From assembly GCA_965223545.1 (NCBI GenBank), contig OZ245006.1, positions 2,176,001-2,240,000 on the forward strand: 64,000 nucleotides of DNA, in the 5' to 3' direction. The position numbers were made by a program, and so were the translations under genes. The DNA is from Planctomycetota bacterium (lineage in GTDB: Bacteria > Planctomycetota > UBA1135 > UBA2386). Below the pieces are notes generated by a model. The model saw only the letters and a list, made by a program, of their open reading frames with translations. It searched no databases and was not told where the DNA came from. Positions 27,432-36,887 of the stretch are shown here, one piece after another (position 1 is the stretch's first letter; the number at the start of each line of letters is the position of its first letter).

Positions 27432-29690
27432 ATGAAGCTCACCGAAGCCCTGCTCGGAGCGATTCGCGCCTGCCTGTTCCTGGTCCCCGCGCTTCCGCTT
27501 CTCTGCGGCAACGACCCGCCGGGCGCGGCGGTGAGTACTCCCGCGCTGTTCTTTCCGGACAGCACCGCCAAGGGGTTCGCGTTCCGCATCTTGGTCGAGC
27601 TCGCGTTCGGAGCATGGCTGCTGTTGGCGTTCTGGGAGCCCCGCTACCGGCCCCGCCGATCGCCGGTCCTGCTCGCCTTGATCGCGTCGACGGCCATCTT
27701 CGGGATCGCAGACCTGTGCGGCATCGACCCCGGACGCTCGGTTTGGGGCAACCTCGAGCGGCTCGGCGGGTTGGCCGGCGAACTGCACCTGCTGGCGCTG
27801 TTCGTCGTGCTCGGCAGCGTCATGGAAACGCGCCGCCTGTGGTGGCGCTACTTCACGTGGTCCTTGGCGGTCAGCGTTGTCGTCGCGATCTTCGCCCTGG
27901 CACAGTCAGCGCGGTTCCACTGGGGCATCGAATGGCTTCCCGATTGGCTGAGCCGCGCCCACGTCTACGACCGGCACGCGGATCTCCGCTTTCGCGCCGA
28001 CGCCCGGCTGGGCAATCCCGTCTGGTTGGGTGTGTACCTGGCACTGCACGTTCTCATCGCCGCCCACTGGGCGCTGCGCCCAGGGGCACACCGTTGGCGA
28101 TACATCGCCGTCGGCACGTTGCTGCTGATCGCGCTCCTGCCGACCGGCACACGCAGCGCCATCTTCGGCCTCGCGCTCGGTGCGCTCGTCGCGACAGCCA
28201 GCGGCTGGCGGAGACTGTCTCGTCGTCACCGCGGCCGCCTGATCGCGATCGCCGCCCTGCTCGGGGTCGGGTTGGTGACGCTCCCATGGTGGCTGCCGGG
28301 ATGGGGATGGGACAGCGACGCACTGGCGCGCTGGGGCAGAATCTCGTTCCACATCGAGCGGCGGCTCAACGTCTGGGACGTCGGGCTGCGGGGCGTCGCC
28401 GAACACCCGTGGCTGGGCTGGGGGCAGGAGTGCTTCCGCTACGCGTACGAGCGCCACTTCATCCCCCCCCTCACCTCTCTGCGCAGCCACTGGGATCGCG
28501 CCCACAACGGGTTGGTCGAGGCGTTGGTGAGTGCCGGCATCCCAGGGCTGCTGGCTTGGCTGGCGGTGCCCGCCGCGGCTCTCGCGATGATCTGGCGCCC
28601 CGCCCGGCCGGCGGCGGCATTCGAAAAGGCCGCCCTCACGGCGATCGTCGTGACCCACTTCTTCTTCAACCAGTTCGAGTTCGACGTCGTCGCGAGCTCT
28701 TCGATCTGGCTCGCAGTGCTCGCGTACTTGCACACGCAGCACGCACCTGCCCGAACTACCCCACGCCGGCGGCCGCACCCCGCGCTGGCGCTGCTGGTCA
28801 CCGTCGCCGCCGTCGGCGCCACCGCGACCGCGTTGCGCGCGTTCGTCCTCGTCGACCTTCGAGTGTGCCACTGGATCGGCCTCGCCCTCACCGAGCGGCG
28901 CCTCGACCAACGACTGCAGCATTTCGAGCGCGCGGTGGAAGTGGACAGCATCGGCCGGGAAGAAGCCCGCATGCAGCTCGCGGCGACGGCACTCGCCATC
29001 GCCGCCGACGAACGCGTGCCGCGCGCGATGGTCACTCGCTTCAACACGCGCGGGATCGAGGAGCTGGAGCAGGCAGCGGCTAAGAGCCCGGTGTCGGTCA
29101 TCCTGCTCCTGCAGCTCTCCCTGCTGTATTCCGAGGCGGCCCGGCACACCGATGCCGCCGCCGTGCTCGAGCGCGCCGTCGAGCTGTCGCCGGGCAACGT
29201 GATGCTGCGGTGCGAGCTGGGTCTGCAGTACCACTTGCTCGGGCGGTTGGACGACGCCGAGCGCGTGCTGCGCAGCGCGCAGGCTCTCAGCAGATCCAAA
29301 GAGCCCCTGGTCCGGATGGTGCTCATGGCGTTGGAGAACGGCCGATCGCAGCTCGAGCAAGAGGCACTCGCCAAGCTGCACCCGCCCGCGCGCCGACCGC
29401 GCCAGCCGGACCCGCGAATCCTCGAGGGCCTCGTGCGCCACGGCCGCGGCGAGACCGCGTTGAGCCTGCAAGAAGACTGGGTCGCGCGGCTCGAAGCGCG
29501 CCACCCGCGCGGCGTGTTCATCGCCGAGCAGCTGCGCCAGTCCTACACCAGCTTGGCCAACCTGTACGCGACGCTGCAAATGTGGGATCGGGCCGAGCAA
29601 ACGCTGGAGCGCGCGGTCGGCAATCTGCCCGAGTTCGCCGACGAGGCGGCGCGCATGCAGAGGAATCTGAGCGCACTCCGCGGTCGCTGA
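27432..29690 (+). CDS. O-antigen ligase-like membrane protein with C-terminal TPR repeats
   Basis: Multiple TM helices, LGNPVWLG, TGTRSA, HPWLGWGQE, DRAHN and a TPR-like helical C-terminus. Confidence 0.85.
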   Translation: MKLTEALLGAIRACLFLVPALPLLCGNDPPGAAVSTPALFFPDSTAKGFAFRILVELAFGAWLLLAFWEPRYRPRRSPVLLALIASTAIFGIADLCGIDPGRSVWGNLERLGGLAGELHLLALFVVLGSVMETRRLWWRYFTWSLAVSVVVAIFALAQSARFHWGIEWLPDWLSRAHVYDRHADLRFRADARLGNPVWLGVYLALHVLIAAHWALRPGAHRWRYIAVGTLLLIALLPTGTRSAIFGLALGALVATASGWRRLSRRHRGRLIAIAALLGVGLVTLPWWLPGWGWDSDALARWGRISFHIERRLNVWDVGLRGVAEHPWLGWGQECFRYAYERHFIPPLTSLRSHWDRAHNGLVEALVSAGIPGLLAWLAVPAAALAMIWRPARPAAAFEKAALTAIVVTHFFFNQFEFDVVASSSIWLAVLAYLHTQHAPARTTPRRRPHPALALLVTVAAVGATATALRAFVLVDLRVCHWIGLALTERRLDQRLQHFERAVEVDSIGREEARMQLAATALAIAADERVPRAMVTRFNTRGIEELEQAAAKSPVSVILLLQLSLLYSEAARHTDAAAVLERAVELSPGNVMLRCELGLQYHLLGRLDDAERVLRSAQALSRSKEPLVRMVLMALENGRSQLEQEALAKLHPPARRPRQPDPRILEGLVRHGRGETALSLQEDWVARLEARHPRGVFIAEQLRQSYTSLANLYATLQMWDRAEQTLERAVGNLPEFADEAARMQRNLSALRGR

Positions 29691-29713
29691 GGCCGCACGC
29701 TCGTCGGCCTCAG
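29687..29713. terminator. Hairpin spanning two convergent stop codons
   Basis: CTGAGGCCG...CGGCCTCAG 9-bp inverted repeat, with no U-tract. Confidence 0.35.
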
Positions 29714-31362
29714 GCGAGACGAGCCAGCGCCGCGCCGAGCTCGTGCAAGTTGGCGGGCTTGGCCAAGCAGTCGTCCATGCCTGCGTCGCGGCAGCGCTGG
29801 CGGTCTTCCGGCTGCGCGCTGGCGGAGAACGCGAGGATCGGCGTGCGCCGCTCGGAGTCCTCCTGGGCGCGGATCTGCCGCGCGGTCTCGAAGCCGTCCA
29901 TCACCGGCATCTGACAGTCCATGAGGATCGCGTCGTAGCGGCGCCCCCGCCAGCGCTCGAGCGCCTGCTGACCATCGGACGCGACGTCGTAGTCACATCC
30001 CAGTCTGCGCAAGTACGCTCCAGCCACCATGCAATTGGCGCGGTTGTCGTCGACCAACAGCACCCGCAGACCGAGGTCCTCGGGCACCTCGCGCTCCTCG
30101 TCGTGGCGATCCGAGGCGCTGGCCAAAGCGAGGACGCTCGTCGGGCGCAGTGGCTTGAGCAGGACCTCGCCCACTGCCGTCGCCACTCCCGGCTCCACCA
30201 GGGTCACCACCCGGGCGCCGGCGTCGAGTGCGCGCGCGGCGATCTCCCCTGCGTCGGCGGCGTCGTCGATCAGCCAGACCTCCCCGGCCTCGATCTCTCC
30301 GACGAGGTCCTCTGCCTGGTCCGGTGTGAGGGCGACCGACACGGCCACTCCCAAGGCCCGACAATGCGCGTTCACCGTGCGCCGCACGTTGAAGTCGCCA
30401 CTGAGGCAGACCACGCGCGGCACCTCCGGCTCGACGACCTGCTCGGTCGCGTCGGCGATGCGAATCCGCGCGCGGAACTCGCTGCCCACGCCGACCCGAC
30501 TCGAAGCCGTGATGTCGCCGCCGAGCAGCTGCGCCAGTCGACGCGAGATGGCCAGTCCCAGGCCAGTGCCGCCGTAACGCCTGGCCGTCGACGGGTCTCC
30601 CTGGCTGAACGGCACGAACAGCCGCTGCATCACGTCCTCGTCGATGCCGCAGCCGGTGTCGCGGACGATGAAGTCCAACATGTCCGGCTCGCTGCAACGC
30701 AGCACCTCCAACGTGACACGGCCTTGCGCGGTGAACTTGATGGCGTTGCCGATCAGGTTGGTCAGGATTTGCCGCAATCGAAGCTCATCGACCCGCGCGC
30801 GGCGGGGCACGGTGGGGTCGATCAGCAGCCCGACTTCAATGCGGCCGGCGGCGCCGAGCCCGAGGACGTGCAGCGCGTTCTCCGCGAGCTGCCAGAGGTC
30901 GATCTCCTGCGGGTCGGGCTCGAGCTTGCCGGCCTCGATCTTGGCGAAATCGAGCACGTCGTTGAGCATCCCGAGGAAGCCGCGGCCGGCCTCGAGCAAA
31001 GTGCTCGCGTACTGCTCCTGTGTCGGACTCAGGCCGGTCTCGAGCAGCAAGGTCGCCAGACCGACGATCGCGTTCAACGGCGTGCGCAACTCGTGGCTCA
31101 GGTTGGCGACGAACTCCGACTTCTGTCGAGAGGCGTGCTCGGCGATGGACAACGCCTCTTCGACCTCGCGCTTGCGTTCCTCGAGATCCCGTTGCCGCGC
31201 CTCACTGAGCTCGACCAGCTGCAGGGCCGCGTGGACGTTGGCCGACGCCACGCCGCGCGCCTGTTCGCGCAGCTTGGCGTTCTCCTTGCGCAGCTCCTCG
31301 ACGACCAGCCAGGGATCGACGTCTTGCCCAACGCGTGGATCCGGTGTCGGCGTGCTCGGCAT
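29710..31362 (-). CDS. Cytoplasmic hybrid histidine kinase (HisKA-HATPase, degenerate REC, REC)
   Basis: SHELRTPL, QILTNLIGNAIKFT, DTGCGI, GGTGLGLAIS, VDDN..MDCQMPVMDG..AKP. No TM or PAS segment is visible. Confidence 0.92.
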   Translation of the reverse strand: MPSTPTPDPRVGQDVDPWLVVEELRKENAKLREQARGVASANVHAALQLVELSEARQRDLEERKREVEEALSIAEHASRQKSEFVANLSHELRTPLNAIVGLATLLLETGLSPTQEQYASTLLEAGRGFLGMLNDVLDFAKIEAGKLEPDPQEIDLWQLAENALHVLGLGAAGRIEVGLLIDPTVPRRARVDELRLRQILTNLIGNAIKFTAQGRVTLEVLRCSEPDMLDFIVRDTGCGIDEDVMQRLFVPFSQGDPSTARRYGGTGLGLAISRRLAQLLGGDITASSRVGVGSEFRARIRIADATEQVVEPEVPRVVCLSGDFNVRRTVNAHCRALGVAVSVALTPDQAEDLVGEIEAGEVWLIDDAADAGEIAARALDAGARVVTLVEPGVATAVGEVLLKPLRPTSVLALASASDRHDEEREVPEDLGLRVLLVDDNRANCMVAGAYLRRLGCDYDVASDGQQALERWRGRRYDAILMDCQMPVMDGFETARQIRAQEDSERRTPILAFSASAQPEDRQRCRDAGMDDCLAKPANLHELGAALARLA

Positions 31363-31727
31363 CAGAACACCATGGTCGGCTGCCCCTGGGCGGCGCGCAC
31401 CGCGAGCGGCGTCAGGCCGACCGACTCGAAGCGCGGATCGACGCCACCGACCTGGTCGACGTCGAGCTCTTGACCACACACCTTCTCGAGACACCGCGAG
31501 CAGCACTCGAGCTGCGCGCCGAACCCGCGCAACCGTTCGATCAACTCCGAGAGCGCGGCCGCTTCACCCTCGACCGGCTGCGCGCACGCCCAGCGCGACC
31601 CCCGCAGGGTGAAGAACACGGTGACTTCAACGCCGCTGCACGCCGCGGCCAGGGCAGTCTGCAGGGCGAACTCGGCGCGCGCTACGTCCTCGGGACCGCA
31701 CGAGACCACGACTTGTAGCTGCGACAC
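31362..31727 (-). CDS. DsrE-family protein
   Basis: ALAAACSGVEVTVFFTLRG and LECCSRC. Stop overlaps the kinase start (TGATG). Confidence 0.75.
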   Translation of the reverse strand: MSQLQVVVSCGPEDVARAEFALQTALAAACSGVEVTVFFTLRGSRWACAQPVEGEAAALSELIERLRGFGAQLECCSRCLEKVCGQELDVDQVGGVDPRFESVGLTPLAVRAAQGQPTMVF

Positions 31728-31740
31728 CGGAGTCCATCCC

Positions 31741-32307
31741 TCAACAGAACAGCGAGACGTCGGATTCGCTGGCGTCAGCCATGCAGGCCGCCGCGCCCGC
31801 CACCTCGATCCCAGGCAACAGCTCGTCGATGCCGATGCCCATCACCGCGGTCGAGGTCTCGCAAGCCACCATGCGGACCCCCAGCTGGCGGGCGCTCTCG
31901 ACCAGACTTGAGAGGTCGGCAACTCCCTCTCGCCGCATCAGGTGGCGGAACAGGATCGGCCCCGCACCGCCGAAGTTCATCCTCGACGCCGGCACCGACT
32001 GCGGGCCGTCCGGAAGCATCCGAGACAGCATGCGGCCGATCAGCCCCTTGCCGCGATAGCGCCGGCGGCAGCGCACTCCGGTCAGCCCCCAGAACGTGAA
32101 GAACATCGTCGTCTGCATGCCCATCGCCGCGGTGGCGTTGGCCATGGTGAACGCCGCCAACAAGCGGTCCATCTCACCGCTGAACACGACGAAGGTGGCG
32201 CGCTTGCCGCGACGGGCCGCCGCGAGTTGCTGCTGAACCAGCTCGGCGACCCTGGCCTGGAGCTCGTCCGATGCGACCGCCGAGACCGGCTCGGCGGAAG
32301 CACTCAC
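31741..32307 (-). CDS. DsrE2/YrkE-like sulfur carrier
   Basis: VFSGEMDR, AAMG..MFFTFWGL, SRMNFGGAG and GVRMVACETS..MGI. Confidence 0.85.
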   Translation of the reverse strand: MSASAEPVSAVASDELQARVAELVQQQLAAARRGKRATFVVFSGEMDRLLAAFTMANATAAMGMQTTMFFTFWGLTGVRCRRRYRGKGLIGRMLSRMLPDGPQSVPASRMNFGGAGPILFRHLMRREGVADLSSLVESARQLGVRMVACETSTAVMGIGIDELLPGIEVAGAAACMADASESDVSLFC

Positions 32308-32534
32308 GTCTGCCCCCGGCGGACGACGATCCGCTTCACGTCCCCGTCCAGCTCCTCGATGAGAGCATTGCCGGTGACCTCGGCCCAGGCCCGGGCATCG
32401 GCCAGGAACGCCGGGTCGGTCGCCTCGACGGCGAGTACTTCGCCCGGTTGCAGCTCGCGAATCGCCGTCGCCATCTCGACGATTGGCATCGGGCAGCGCA
32501 TTTCGCGGCAGTCCAGTAGCTTGTCGATGTCCAT
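32304..32534 (-). CDS. TusA-family sulfurtransferase
   Basis: LDCREMRCPMP (CPxP), GEVLAVEATDP and WAEVTGN. Confidence 0.9.
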   Translation of the reverse strand: MDIDKLLDCREMRCPMPIVEMATAIRELQPGEVLAVEATDPAFLADARAWAEVTGNALIEELDGDVKRIVVRRGQT

Positions 32535-32713
32535 CCCCGTTGCTCCGGTGTTCCCTTCGACCAGACCTCGCGCCTCCTTGAGAGGCGGACCGGCGACGCA
32601 AAACGCCTTCCGGCGGAGCTTCCAGCGCGCGATCCCCCTCCGATGGGAGGTTGACTGAGCACCTCGACCGGGGATGGTGGTCGCTCGAGCCGACGAACCG
32701 GCCCCACCCTGCA

Positions 32714-35700
32714 ATGACCGAACTCGCCAAACAGTACGATCCGAGCGCCACCGAGCCCCGCGCCAGCGAGCGGTGGCTGCAGAACCGCGCGTTCGCAGCG
32801 ACGCCGGATGAACGCGAGCAGCGCTACGTCGTCATGATGCCGCTGCCCAACGTGACCGGCGCGCTGCACATGGGCCACGCCATGGACAACGTGATGCAGG
32901 ATCTGCTGATCCGCTGGCATCGGATGTCCGGCGACAACACCCTCTGGATGGCGGGCACCGATCACGCCGGCATTGCCACGCAGGCGGTGATCGAGAAGCG
33001 GCTGCTGGCGATGGAGGGCAAGACCCGGCATGACATCGGCCGCGAGGCGTTGGTGCAGCGCATCTGGGAGTGGAAGGACCAGTACCAGCAGCGCATCGTC
33101 GCCCAGCAGCAGGCCATGGGCTGTTCGTGCGACTGGGACCGACAGCGGTTCACGATGGACGCGGTGTGCGCGCGGGCGGTCAGGCACACGTTCTTCCGCA
33201 TGTTCCGCGATCGGTTGATCTACCGCGGTGACCGGCTCGTCAACTGGGACTGCCACCTGCAGACCGCGGTCGCCGACGACGAGCTCGAAACGGTCGCGGT
33301 CCAGGGCCATTTCTGGCACTTGCGGTACCCAGTGATCGATCCGGAGCCCGGAGAGCCCTCTCACATCGTCGTCGCCACGACCCGGCCCGAGACCATGCTC
33401 GGCGACACCGCGGTCGCGTGCCATCCGGACCCCGAAGCGGCACTCGAGGCGCAGATCACGGCCGCGCGGCAACGGCTGGATCACGCTGCGGACAAGGAGC
33501 GGGACGCGGCGGCCGCCGAGCTGGAGCGTCTCGAGCAACGCCGGCAATCGCATCTGCCGTCGCTCCGCGCGATCGCCGCAATGGCGCGCGCTGGGCGTCG
33601 CGTGCTGCTGCCGCTGATGGAACGTCCGATTCCGATCATCACCGACGAATGGGCCAAGCCGGAACTCGGCAGCGGCTGCGTCAAGATCACTCCCGCCCAC
33701 GACCCCAACGACTACGAGGTCTGGACGCGGCACAAAGAGCAGATCGAGCTGATCAACATCCTCTGCCCCGACGGAACCCTGAACGACGCCGCCGGCGAGT
33801 TCGCGGGCCAAGACCGCTTTGCGGCGCGTGACGCGGTGGTCGAGGCGCTGCGCGCGCGCGATCTGCTCGAGGCCGTCGAGGACCGCGAGATCGAGATCGC
33901 GCACAGCGACCGCTCGAAGACGATCGTCGAACCCTACGTGTCGCGGCAGTGGTTCGTGCGCATGGCCGATGTCGACGGCGGCGTCCGCATGGGCACCGGC
34001 ACCGCGCACGAGTTCGCCACTCCCGGGCTCGCGCAGGCCGCGATCGACGCGGTCGGCGACACCTGGCGGTCGGCGACCGGCAAGCACGTCCAGTTTCACC
34101 CCGACGATCGCTACCGGCGCACTTTCGTCGCCTGGCTGGCGGAGAAGCGGGACTGGTGCATCAGCCGGCAGCTGTGGTGGGGCCACCAAATCCCGGTGTG
34201 GAGCGGGAGGATCGCACGCGACAAGTTGCTGATTCTGGAGTCTCTGGTCCAGCCCTGGCTGGACGACGACGAGATCTGTGCCTGGATCGTCCTGGGCGAT
34301 GACGAGTGGTTGGCGCCGCGCGCCGGATTCGAACGCCTGCGGGCCGACGCGTCGATCACCGAAGCCGATGTGTTGGTCTGCTTCCTCGACCCCGACGTCG
34401 AGCGCGACGCCGCGCAGATGCTCGAGGGCGCCGGCCTGAGCCCGGACCCGGACGTGCTCGACACGTGGTTCAGCAGCGCGTTGTGGCCACACAGCACCCT
34501 CGGCTGGCCGAACCCGGCCACCGCGGCGATCGATCCAGGACAGAGTCCGCTGGCGGCGACGGGCGGCCACTCCGACTGTCTCTCCTACTACTACCCCGGC
34601 TCGTGCCTCGTCACCGGGCGCGACATCATCACGCTCTGGGTCGCGCGCATGGTGATCACCGGGCTATACAACCTCGGCGACGTCCCGTTCACCGACGTGT
34701 TCATCCACGCCAGCATCCTCGACGGCAAAGGCGAGCGGATGAGCAAGTCCAAGGGCAACGGCATCGATCCGGTGGACATCATCGATCGGTACGGTGCTGA
34801 CGCGATGCGCTACGTGATCGCCGAGCTACAGACCGGCACGCAAGACGTGCGATTGCCCGTGCAGGTGGATTCCCCGTTCACCGGCGACCGCATCGATCTG
34901 GCGACCGCGTCGCACGGCCAATCCGTCTTCACCTACGTGTGTCCGACGACGAAGAAGGAGTTCGACGTTCTCGGCACGATGGCCGACGTGCCGAGCGCGA
35001 AGCCCTACAGCGAGCGCTTCGACGTCGGCCGGGCGTTCTGCAACAAGCTGTGGAACGCGGCCCGCTTCGCGTTCGGCAACCTGCAAGACACACCGTTCGT
35101 CGCACTGCAGCGGGAGCAGCTGCCGGTCGAGGATCGCTGGGTCCTGTCGCGTCTGTCGACGACGCGCGACGAGGTCCAGCGGCACCTCGAGGCGTACACG
35201 CCATCGGCTGCTCTGGCCGCCGCGCGGGAGTTCTTCTGGTCGACGTTCTGCGACTGGTACGTCGAGCTGATCAAGCCGCGACTGCGCAGCGAGACCGAAC
35301 GCGGCACCGCCCAACAGGTCCTGGCGACCGTGCTGGACACCACTCTGCGCTTGCTGCACCCGGTGGTCCCGTTCATCACCGAGGAGCTGTGGCAAGCCCT
35401 CGACGAGCTCGCGCCACGGCGCGGGATCGACACGGCACTGCCCGAGAGTCCCCTGCTGGTCAACGCCGCGTGGCCAGCGGCACGGCCTGACTGGCTCGAC
35501 GCGGACGCCGAGGCAACGCTGGCCCTCGCCCGCGACGTGGTCAAGGCGACGCGCGAAGTGCGTGCGCGCTACTCGGTGCCACCGTCGACACGAGTTCCGG
35601 TGGAGCTGGTGGCACCGGCGGCGGAGCGCGAACGGCTGGAGCCGGCCGCGGCCTTGATGGCGCACATGATGGGAGCGGAGCGCGTCACCTTCGCCGAGCA

Positions 35701-35974
35701 CAAGACCGACGCAGCCGACGCGGCCACCGGCGTGATCGGCAACGTCGAGATCGCGGTGCCCGGAATCGTCGACGTCGAGCAGGAGCGTGCCAAGCTGACC
35801 GACCAACACGGCAAGCTGCAGCAGCGGATCGCCGGTATCGAGAAGAAGCTACAGAACGCGTCGTTCGTGCAGAAGGCGCCGGCCGCGGTGGTCGAGCGCG
35901 AGCGCCAGAACTTGGCGAGCCTGCAGACCCAGCTGGCGCGACTCTCGAACGCGCTCGAGGCTTTGTGCAACTGA
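32714..35974 (+). CDS. valS: Valine--tRNA ligase
   Basis: PNVTGALHMGH, GTDHAGIATQ, TTRPET, DWCISRQLWWGH, DTWFSS, RMSKS and a C-terminal coiled coil. Confidence 0.97.
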   Translation: MTELAKQYDPSATEPRASERWLQNRAFAATPDEREQRYVVMMPLPNVTGALHMGHAMDNVMQDLLIRWHRMSGDNTLWMAGTDHAGIATQAVIEKRLLAMEGKTRHDIGREALVQRIWEWKDQYQQRIVAQQQAMGCSCDWDRQRFTMDAVCARAVRHTFFRMFRDRLIYRGDRLVNWDCHLQTAVADDELETVAVQGHFWHLRYPVIDPEPGEPSHIVVATTRPETMLGDTAVACHPDPEAALEAQITAARQRLDHAADKERDAAAAELERLEQRRQSHLPSLRAIAAMARAGRRVLLPLMERPIPIITDEWAKPELGSGCVKITPAHDPNDYEVWTRHKEQIELINILCPDGTLNDAAGEFAGQDRFAARDAVVEALRARDLLEAVEDREIEIAHSDRSKTIVEPYVSRQWFVRMADVDGGVRMGTGTAHEFATPGLAQAAIDAVGDTWRSATGKHVQFHPDDRYRRTFVAWLAEKRDWCISRQLWWGHQIPVWSGRIARDKLLILESLVQPWLDDDEICAWIVLGDDEWLAPRAGFERLRADASITEADVLVCFLDPDVERDAAQMLEGAGLSPDPDVLDTWFSSALWPHSTLGWPNPATAAIDPGQSPLAATGGHSDCLSYYYPGSCLVTGRDIITLWVARMVITGLYNLGDVPFTDVFIHASILDGKGERMSKSKGNGIDPVDIIDRYGADAMRYVIAELQTGTQDVRLPVQVDSPFTGDRIDLATASHGQSVFTYVCPTTKKEFDVLGTMADVPSAKPYSERFDVGRAFCNKLWNAARFAFGNLQDTPFVALQREQLPVEDRWVLSRLSTTRDEVQRHLEAYTPSAALAAAREFFWSTFCDWYVELIKPRLRSETERGTAQQVLATVLDTTLRLLHPVVPFITEELWQALDELAPRRGIDTALPESPLLVNAAWPAARPDWLDADAEATLALARDVVKATREVRARYSVPPSTRVPVELVAPAAERERLEPAAALMAHMMGAERVTFAEHKTDAADAATGVIGNVEIAVPGIVDVEQERAKLTDQHGKLQQRIAGIEKKLQNASFVQKAPAAVVERERQNLASLQTQLARLSNALEALCN

Positions 35975-36001
35975 GGCGCAGCCTCGGCGCCCGACGCTGA
36001 T

Positions 36002-36856
36002 TCAGCGGACTTCGCCGGCGAGGATCCGGCGGAAGTCGTCGACACCGACCTCGTAGACGGAGTTGCAGTAGTCGCACGTCACCCGCACGGGCTTGCCCTC
36101 GGCCAGCAGCGAACGCACCTCGTCGTCGCCGAGCACCGACACCGATCCCACCGCCTTCTCGCGGCCGCAATGGCAACCGAACTCGACCGTCGAGTCCGCC
36201 AGCTCGGTGTAGTCCACGCCGGCCAGCAGCACGTCCAGCAGCTGCTGCGGATCCGCGTCCGATTGCTCCAGCCGGCGACCCAAGTCCGAGACGTCGCGCA
36301 GACGCCGGCGCATCGCCTGCAGGGGCGGCTCGGTGACCTCGGGCAGGAGCTGGACCACGAACCCGCCGGCGGCGGCGACGCGATCGCCATCGAGCACGGC
36401 GGTGACCGCCGCCATGGTCTCGACCTGCTCCGACTGGCGGAAGTACTCGATCAAGGCCTCGTCGAAGCAGCCGGGCGCGACCGCCACGATGCCCTGATGC
36501 GGCGCGCGTCCCGGCATCGAGCGCATCACTTGCAAGTAGCCGCCATTGGCGAGCTGGACGCCGAGCGCATCGTCGTCGACGCGCACGAGCCCGCGCGTGC
36601 GGCCCTCCGGAAAGGCGTCCCCGACGATCTGGTTGTCGGCGGCATCACGCAACAGGATCTGCACGCGATACGGTGGCGCCATCGTCTCGCGCACCAGGAC
36701 CGCGCCGCAGACGACTTCTCCCAGCTGCGCCGCCGGCATGCCGGCGGCGCGCTGTGCGTCGACGATGGCCTGCACCGTGTCGGTGGCCCGCATCGTCATC
36801 ACGCGGAACGCGCCGTCGTCGGTCATCGCGCGCAGCACGTGGTCGGTGATCGGCAT
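36002..36856 (-). CDS. hslO: Hsp33 redox-regulated chaperone
   Basis: YFRQSEQV, AAGGFVVQLLP and the CHC...CDYC zinc motif. Confidence 0.9.
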   Translation of the reverse strand: MPITDHVLRAMTDDGAFRVMTMRATDTVQAIVDAQRAAGMPAAQLGEVVCGAVLVRETMAPPYRVQILLRDAADNQIVGDAFPEGRTRGLVRVDDDALGVQLANGGYLQVMRSMPGRAPHQGIVAVAPGCFDEALIEYFRQSEQVETMAAVTAVLDGDRVAAAGGFVVQLLPEVTEPPLQAMRRRLRDVSDLGRRLEQSDADPQQLLDVLLAGVDYTELADSTVEFGCHCGREKAVGSVSVLGDDEVRSLLAEGKPVRVTCDYCNSVYEVGVDDFRRILAGEVR

Positions 36857-36887
36857 CGGCGCCACTGTAGGCGGCCTCGCCGATTTG

